A stretch of 64,000 nt of DNA from Candidatus Latescibacterota bacterium (GTDB lineage Bacteria > Latescibacterota > UBA2968). How positions within the stretch are numbered: the stretch's first letter is position 1; each line of letters starts with the position of its first letter. The notes below the pieces were generated by a model. It saw only the letters and a program-made list of their open reading frames with translations. It was not told the DNA's origin and did no database searches. The position numbers and the translations under genes were made by a program. This document shows, piece by piece, positions 57,698-64,000 of the stretch. The stretch is from positions 3,424,001 to 3,488,000 of the forward strand of contig OZ242311.1 in NCBI GenBank assembly GCA_965207885.1, read 5' to 3'.

Positions 57698-58477
57698 TCA
57701 TGGCGCAATGACTTCAAGCCTTGGAGGCTTCTGTGGACCATGGCTCCCCGGCGGCATCATCATGCGTTTTTGGTTCTCGGTCAAGTGATCGTAGTCATCT
57801 ATATTGTAATAATTCGCCCATGAAATCGTATTCCCGGGGTTGTATTTAAAGAGAAATGATCTGCGTTCGTGATTGGCTGTCCAGGGCATAGTGCCGTGTA
57901 CTGTCGCCTCCGTAAAAATGATCAGGTCACCCGGCTCCAATTCGGGTTGTACGACATAATGGGCGGGCCGCCTGAAATACATAACATCCTCGGGGATATC
58001 GAGTTGGAAGTTGGACTTGTGCGAGCCTGGAATACAGCAAAAACCGCCATCGCCCTTTCGCACGGGCGTGAGCGCATAGACCAGTGTTGTCAAACCATTG
58101 CGCATGATGCCGTCGCGATACGTGTAAAAAAATGGGAATAATTCCGTTTTCGATTTCATCGTACCGGCGTGCAGCGGACCTTTGGAACCGCCTTTGTCCA
58201 AAAAAATGCAATAATCCTGATCAAAGTGGATACTCGATCCCAAAAGTTCGATCAAATAAGGAACAATTTTGGGATGATCTATGAGACTCTGAACGCAGGG
58301 ATCCCACAGCGTGATATTCCGGGCGAGTTTTAGCCCGTCGTCTCGATAGATTTCAAACTGGTCGCGCGCGATTCGGTCTGCAACTTCATTGCATTGATCA
58401 ACTTCCTCTTTGGAGAGCGCGTTTCTGACGACGAGATAACCTTCGAGGTCAAACATGAATTTTTCTTCCGAAGTCAT
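57698..58477 (-). CDS. PhyH family Fe/2OG enzyme with HxG motif
   Basis: FDLEGYLVV, PLHAG, GGFCCIPGSHK, EATVHGT...RRS. Confidence 0.88.
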   Translation of the reverse strand: MTSEEKFMFDLEGYLVVRNALSKEEVDQCNEVADRIARDQFEIYRDDGLKLARNITLWDPCVQSLIDHPKIVPYLIELLGSSIHFDQDYCIFLDKGGSKGPLHAGTMKSKTELFPFFYTYRDGIMRNGLTTLVYALTPVRKGDGGFCCIPGSHKSNFQLDIPEDVMYFRRPAHYVVQPELEPGDLIIFTEATVHGTMPWTANHERRSFLFKYNPGNTISWANYYNIDDYDHLTENQKRMMMPPGSHGPQKPPRLEVIAP

Positions 58478-58721
58478 AGCCTAATCCTCTGTGATCTGTC
58501 CTGAAATCGTCTTGTAAGCTCAACACCAATATGGTATTAAATTTCAAAAAGAAAATAAAAAAAACACCGTATCAGAGTCACGCGGTGTCAATTTCCACTT
58601 TAATACACTCGCTTTTTCGCATATACTATCAAATCTAAGTATCAGTAAAAACCCAATTGACATTTGGGCATATCTTCGCCTAATTTAAGCGATTTTATAC
58701 ACACTATTGAAGGGAGTCACC

Positions 58722-59465
58722 ATGGGAAAACTCGATGGCAAAGTAGCACTTGTCACTGGAGGAGGAACGGGCATCGGTCGCGCGACGTCGCTGCTATTCG
58801 CCACAGAAGGCGCAGACGTCGCCGTCAACTATAGCCGATCTGAAGATGACGCCAACAAAACCTGTTCAGATATCGAAGCACTGGGGCGCAAAGCCATAGC
58901 CGTCAAAGCAGACATATCTGACGACTCAGCCGTTCGGCAAATGGTAGAGCGCGTAGTCGATGAACTCGGCCGCCTCGACATTCTCGTCAACAGCGCGGGA
59001 ATGACGCGGTTCGTGCCGCTGGAGGATCTGGAAAACCTGACAGAGGAGGACTGGGATCGCGCGATGGCCGTCAATGTAAAGGGCGCCTTCTTCGCAGCCA
59101 GGGCAGCAATCCCAAAAATGAAAGAAAGTGGCGGTGGAAGCATCGTCAACGTCGCTTCCATCTCCGGTATCTCTGGAAAAGGCAGCTCAATTGCCTATTC
59201 CGCATCCAAAGCCGCGCTGATATGCCTGACGAATTCCCTGGCAACCAGTCAAGCACCCGATATTCAGGTCAACGCCATCTCCCCGGGCTTTGTCGATACG
59301 CGCTGGGGAATCGGCTGGGACGCCTTCCGCAAACTCCATCTGGAAGCCACGCCAATGGGCCGCGTCGCAACAGGCGAAGACTGTGCCGACGCCATCCTCG
59401 GACTCATCCTCAGCCCCTTTGTCACGGGGGAAAACCTCATTGTAGATGGCGGGCGAAGCATATAG
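58722..59465 (+). CDS. Short-chain dehydrogenase/reductase
   Basis: TGGGTGIG, NSAG, YSASK, VDGG. Confidence 0.95.
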   Translation: MGKLDGKVALVTGGGTGIGRATSLLFATEGADVAVNYSRSEDDANKTCSDIEALGRKAIAVKADISDDSAVRQMVERVVDELGRLDILVNSAGMTRFVPLEDLENLTEEDWDRAMAVNVKGAFFAARAAIPKMKESGGGSIVNVASISGISGKGSSIAYSASKAALICLTNSLATSQAPDIQVNAISPGFVDTRWGIGWDAFRKLHLEATPMGRVATGEDCADAILGLILSPFVTGENLIVDGGRSI

Positions 59466-59468
59466 GCA

Positions 59469-60515
59469 TCACTCAATCCGGAACTTCTCGCACATTTTCA
59501 GATCCAGCGAAATGCCCAGCCCCGGATCTTCGGGCACGGGCATGTGCGCGTCTTCCACGGCAAATCCATAGCCCTCTTTTGTAATACACGCTTCTCTGAT
59601 AAACGGGCGCATCCCGTAGGGCAGCGTGGCATTCGGCACAGCCGCGCCTATGTGTGCGTTAAACGCCGCCTGGATCGCATAGCAGTGCCCCTCCATCTGG
59701 ATCCACACCGGGCATCCGGCTGCCTGGGCCATTGCCGCGGCCCGGATTACCCGGTTGATGGTACCCCCTACATTGACAATATCTATCCCATTGTGTCGCA
59801 AATGGTTCAGAATCAACCGCGTATCCGTGGTATGAATCGCCAGAGGCGCCCGACACTTCTGCCGCAAAATCCCGTACCACTCTGGATGTGCCTTGGGCAC
59901 GGGGTCTTCAAAGCATTCCACATTGGGATACTCCTGCAACGCATCGTCGATCCGCACGGTCTCCGACAGGGTATTGAACTTCTCGTTTGGATCTATGCGA
60001 ATCTTGTAGTCCGGTCCGCCCGCCTCGGTCATCACCTTCACCTGCCACACCGTATCCCAGGGGCGCGCCTTGATCTTGTGCAGCTTAAACCCCCGCTTCG
60101 CGCCCTCCTCGGCGTGCTTGCGGGTCTCTTCCGGAGCCAGATAAGGCGACCAGTAATCCACCGGAACACGGTCTCTATGCTTGCCGTTGCCAATCAGCCG
60201 ATAAGCCGGTACTCCCAGCGCCTTGCCAGCTATATCGAGAAAAGCATGTGCCCAGGGACGCCCGAGGTTAAACATATCCAGTTCCATCGGATTCTTGCCG
60301 ATATACTGCTGTGCCTGCTGCTCGGTCTGTACCATCGAACGTCCTCCCTCCCCGATCCCCACAATCCCCTCATCGGTATGCACCTGAACAATCACGTAGG
60401 AATCCTCTTCCTCCGGCGTTGTGCCGCTCATCCCCCGCCAGGACACCATCGGCTCCTTATAGGAATCCTGCCATGGCACGAACACGCGCATCTGCTCGAC
60501 CTTTGTAATTTTCAT
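59469..60515 (-). CDS. Enolase superfamily (muconate cycloisomerase-like), atypical
   Basis: GIGE, KIK, DPN/EDP, AIH, PGLG. Confidence 0.88.
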   Translation of the reverse strand: MKITKVEQMRVFVPWQDSYKEPMVSWRGMSGTTPEEEDSYVIVQVHTDEGIVGIGEGGRSMVQTEQQAQQYIGKNPMELDMFNLGRPWAHAFLDIAGKALGVPAYRLIGNGKHRDRVPVDYWSPYLAPEETRKHAEEGAKRGFKLHKIKARPWDTVWQVKVMTEAGGPDYKIRIDPNEKFNTLSETVRIDDALQEYPNVECFEDPVPKAHPEWYGILRQKCRAPLAIHTTDTRLILNHLRHNGIDIVNVGGTINRVIRAAAMAQAAGCPVWIQMEGHCYAIQAAFNAHIGAAVPNATLPYGMRPFIREACITKEGYGFAVEDAHMPVPEDPGLGISLDLKMCEKFRIE

Positions 60516-60734
60516 CACAGCCTCCTTTGTAAAAAACAGCGATAAAAGATCCTGATAAATAATATGTGCCAAAGCACTTTACAATAGCATTCTAACAGGA
60601 CTATTCTTAACCCACCCCGCGATAAATAACCTTGACGGAATTATTTCGTGTGTGTAACGTCAGTAATCAATTTATGCAGGTATTCTTATACGTCAATGTG
60701 AAAACAGTGTTTGTACACTGCGGGGGAAAACGCC

Positions 60735-61886
60735 ATGAAAATCGCATCCATCGACATCATTACAGTTGTTGTTCCAACCATACCCGGCCGTGTACACAGC
60801 GCATCATTTGGTCCTGCGGGCTGGGACCAGGTACCCAAACACATCATCAAGCTAAATACCGATGAAGGGATTTACGGACTGGGAGAAACCTCGCGCGGAA
60901 CGCCTGAAGAAGCAATTCGGCAGGGATTTAACCAACTCAAAGGAAGAGACCCTCTCAAACTGAGCCTGCAAAACGTATTCAGAGACGCCGCCACGCATCG
61001 CAACACAGTCCTGCCCTTCAGAGATCCGGTTGTATCTGAAGATGGGGGCGGCACACGCGATTGGGAGAATTTGACCGGCTGGGGAACTGGCGCGGGTTAC
61101 GAGGCCTTTGAAATGGCTATTTTTGACATCGTGGGCAAAATTCGAGGCTGCCCGGTCCACGAATTGCTCGGCGGTGCGTACAGAGACCGCGTGCCAGCGG
61201 ATTACTGGATCGGCCATCAAACGCCCGAAGACTCAGCCCTCAATGCGCGGCTCGGTTACGACCGCGGATTTCACGGTGTAAAAATGAAGTGTACCTCTGA
61301 CGAACCAATGGTCGCTCGCGTGCAGGCCATTCTGGAAGCCACAGATATATCGTTCAAATGCACAATCGATCCGAATCAGAGATTTTATCGCCCGGCAGAA
61401 GCCATTGCATTGGCAAAACAATTCGAAGCAGTCGGCAATGTCGGCGTACTCGAAGATCCAATGGCGAAATGGAACCTGGATTGGTATCGCCAACTAAGAG
61501 CAGCAACGATAATCCCGGTCGCATTGCACCTGGCGAATCCCCACGACATCATCAACGCAATCAAGGTGGAAGCAGTAGATATTTTCAATCTGGGGGGCAG
61601 CATGTGGCAATTTATCTACAACGCGGCAATTGCCGATGCTGCGGGCATTCCCTGCTGGCATGGATCTGGAAATGACCTCGGCGTAATGGAAATGGCCTAT
61701 CTTCACGCGGCAAGTGTGCCGCGAAATTGCGTTATGCCCAGCGATTTTGTCGGGAGTTGGACGCGAGAAGATGACCTGATTGTAGATGGCATCCAATTTG
61801 AAAAGGGCGAAGCCATTGTTCCAACGAAGCCGGGACTTGGATGTGAACTGGATGAGGATGCCCTGGAAAAGTATCGGATAAATTGA
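60735..61886 (+). CDS. Enolase superfamily (muconate cycloisomerase-like), atypical
   Basis: GLGE, KMK, DPN/EDP, ALH, PGLG. Confidence 0.88.
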   Translation: MKIASIDIITVVVPTIPGRVHSASFGPAGWDQVPKHIIKLNTDEGIYGLGETSRGTPEEAIRQGFNQLKGRDPLKLSLQNVFRDAATHRNTVLPFRDPVVSEDGGGTRDWENLTGWGTGAGYEAFEMAIFDIVGKIRGCPVHELLGGAYRDRVPADYWIGHQTPEDSALNARLGYDRGFHGVKMKCTSDEPMVARVQAILEATDISFKCTIDPNQRFYRPAEAIALAKQFEAVGNVGVLEDPMAKWNLDWYRQLRAATIIPVALHLANPHDIINAIKVEAVDIFNLGGSMWQFIYNAAIADAAGIPCWHGSGNDLGVMEMAYLHAASVPRNCVMPSDFVGSWTREDDLIVDGIQFEKGEAIVPTKPGLGCELDEDALEKYRIN

Positions 61887-61921
61887 CGCCTTCGTGGAAC
61901 CAATAGACCTGGAGATTCTGA

Positions 61922-63880
61922 TTGGCCGAGGTACAACAACCCATAGCGGAACCGGAGATTCGTCCTTTTCGGCACGCCATAACGGCTCGATCCATTGCGC
62001 TGGGTACACTGTGCGTGACTTTCATGGCCTGGGGCGGTCACTACACGCGCCACATCGGTCATACGACCAAGATGGCGCAGGACCATCTGCCCTGGGGCGT
62101 AATGGTTCCCTTCTTCATCATCGCTGTCATCCTTAACAAAGTCATCCAGGCCATCCGCCCAGGGGCTATGCTCACAAGAGCCGAGCTTCTCGTCATCTTT
62201 GCAATGGCCCTGATCGGATCAGCTCTGCCCAGCTACTTCATGGCGCACATGATCGCGAACATCGGTGCGCCCTATTACTTTCCATCATCCGAGAACGGCT
62301 GGGCGACCGAGCTGCATCCGTATCTCGTCGACTGGGCAGTCGTAACGGATGTTATGGCTGCCAAATGGTTCTATGAAGGACTCCCCCGCGGCGCTTCGAT
62401 CCCGTGGGGAGCCTGGTTCATACCGTTGACCTGGCGCCTATCGCTCGTAGGCGCGGTCGCCTGCTTCTGCTATTGTATGGTCGCGATCTTCCGGAAGCAG
62501 TGGGTCGAGAACGAACGGCTCTCCTTCCCCCTGATGAAGCTGCCGATGAACATGGCGGACGAAGAACCTCGTGGATTTTTCACCGCCGGGTTCATGAACC
62601 AGCCTGTTTTCTGGATCGGCTTCGCTTTCGCGATCTTCCCGATTATGTGGAACATGATCGGATACTTCACACCCTTATTCCCGGCCATTCCAAGAGATTT
62701 CGGGCTTATCCAACTGGGTCGAGACTTTCCCCCCATCGAGACCCGATTCTATCCACTGATCATCGGTGCCTCTTACTTCGTTGAGCTCGAAGTATCCGGA
62801 AGCATCATTATCTACTTCCTGTTCCTGACGTTTCAGCTTGGTATGTTCAGAAGATTTGGATTCGAAACAGGTCCACTGCGTGCAGACACTTCCGATTTTG
62901 AAAACTGGCAAGGACTTGGCGCGCTCTTCGTCCTGATTCCCTGGGGACTGTGGACCGCCCGCGGCCATTTGAGAGATGTCGTCAGAAAGGCATTTACCAA
63001 GGACCCGACGATAGACGATACTCGGGAGATGCTCTCCTACCGTTCAACGGTATTCGGACTCATCCTCAGTGCGCTGTTCATCTGCGCGTGGTGCGTCGCA
63101 TCGGGAATGACCGTATATGTGGCGTTTGTCTTCGTCGCCCTTGTCATTATCGTCTGGCTTGGGATCTCAAAGATCAGCATCGAAACGGGGCTGATCAGCT
63201 CTCGCATCATACACGCGCAGTTCGCGGCCTACCATATTGTTGGGCTCACAAACATGAACGCGCAGAGCATTGTTGCCTTGGCGTTGACCTACACCTGGCA
63301 TCGCGATCTGAAAACCGTCCTGATGGCTCCGATGGCCAACGCCACGAAACTCTTCGATGATGTTCGCGAAGACCGGGGGAGAATGATCCTTGCAGTCGCG
63401 ATTGCCGTTGCCGTCGTTGTGGGAGGCAGCGCCTATTACGCGATCGCTTCCGGCTACCAGACGGGCGCATACAACTACGGCGGCATCTATGCGGGATCCG
63501 TGCAAGCCGTATTTGACAGAGGAGTAGGTTACATCCGCGATCCCTTCGCAATGAAGCGATATCTCGCCTATTGGGGACTGATCGGAGTTGCAGTCACCGC
63601 AGCCAATATGATTCTCCGCTATATTTATCCGGCTTTTCCGCTGCACCCCATCGGCCTGGTCTCGGCAACCTCATACCCTGCCAATCGCACTATATTCTCG
63701 ATTTTCTTCGCCTGGTTCGCCAAAGCCGCCATCCTCCGTATTGGCGGAATCAGCCTGTATCGCAAAGCCTCACCCTTTTTCTTTGGTATGATGCTGGGGT
63801 ATTTCGTTGGTGTCGGAATTTCGTTTGTCGTTGACCTGATCTGGTTTCCCGATGACGGGCATTCACTCGCGCTATACTAA
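61922..63880 (+). CDS. Polytopic membrane protein, DUF6785/DUF6784-like (putative transporter)
   Basis: RKQWVENERLSFP, FPLHPIG, PFFFGMMLG; paralog of 29552-31573. Confidence 0.8.
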   Translation: MAEVQQPIAEPEIRPFRHAITARSIALGTLCVTFMAWGGHYTRHIGHTTKMAQDHLPWGVMVPFFIIAVILNKVIQAIRPGAMLTRAELLVIFAMALIGSALPSYFMAHMIANIGAPYYFPSSENGWATELHPYLVDWAVVTDVMAAKWFYEGLPRGASIPWGAWFIPLTWRLSLVGAVACFCYCMVAIFRKQWVENERLSFPLMKLPMNMADEEPRGFFTAGFMNQPVFWIGFAFAIFPIMWNMIGYFTPLFPAIPRDFGLIQLGRDFPPIETRFYPLIIGASYFVELEVSGSIIIYFLFLTFQLGMFRRFGFETGPLRADTSDFENWQGLGALFVLIPWGLWTARGHLRDVVRKAFTKDPTIDDTREMLSYRSTVFGLILSALFICAWCVASGMTVYVAFVFVALVIIVWLGISKISIETGLISSRIIHAQFAAYHIVGLTNMNAQSIVALALTYTWHRDLKTVLMAPMANATKLFDDVREDRGRMILAVAIAVAVVVGGSAYYAIASGYQTGAYNYGGIYAGSVQAVFDRGVGYIRDPFAMKRYLAYWGLIGVAVTAANMILRYIYPAFPLHPIGLVSATSYPANRTIFSIFFAWFAKAAILRIGGISLYRKASPFFFGMMLGYFVGVGISFVVDLIWFPDDGHSLALY

Positions 63881-64000
63881 ATTAGGTAGCGAATTATTCG
63901 GAATATTCATAAATTTACGCGTCAATGTTGATTTTATGAAGGTCTCATAAGACCTGAGGATGGCAATGAGAATTCTCGACATCCGACAGAGAAAGCCCGA

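Overview
Gene-dense bacterial catabolic region. It holds six enolase-superfamily genes, three sulfatases, four PhyH-like Fe/2OG enzymes, GH2, GH3, a heparinase II/III-like lyase, two DUF6785-like membrane proteins and EF-hand/dockerin-like secreted proteins. This content suggests a Latescibacterota/Poribacteria-like heterotroph (inference only). Best finding: the ORFs 27331..27537 and 26257..27285 (-) share one reading frame joined by a single in-frame TGA in a GCT-U-NNG motif, followed at once by a bacterial SECIS-like hairpin. That predicts a 426-aa thioredoxin-fold selenoprotein with a selenoprotein N-like active-site context. Other notable items are an ECF sigma/anti-sigma/Spy-like module with a twice-occurring candidate promoter (CGMAGG-N16-CGTCTAA), one copy of which precedes a YHYH-metallophosphoesterase fusion, and two inverted 937-bp IS5-family copies whose four ends all cut genes (including recQ). 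There is also a PhyH protein with HxG instead of HxD, a Zn-ribbon/DEAD-box helicase with a structured leader, and several gene remnants. I saw no rRNA, tRNA or CRISPR array. All family calls are by eye from motifs; no searches were run.
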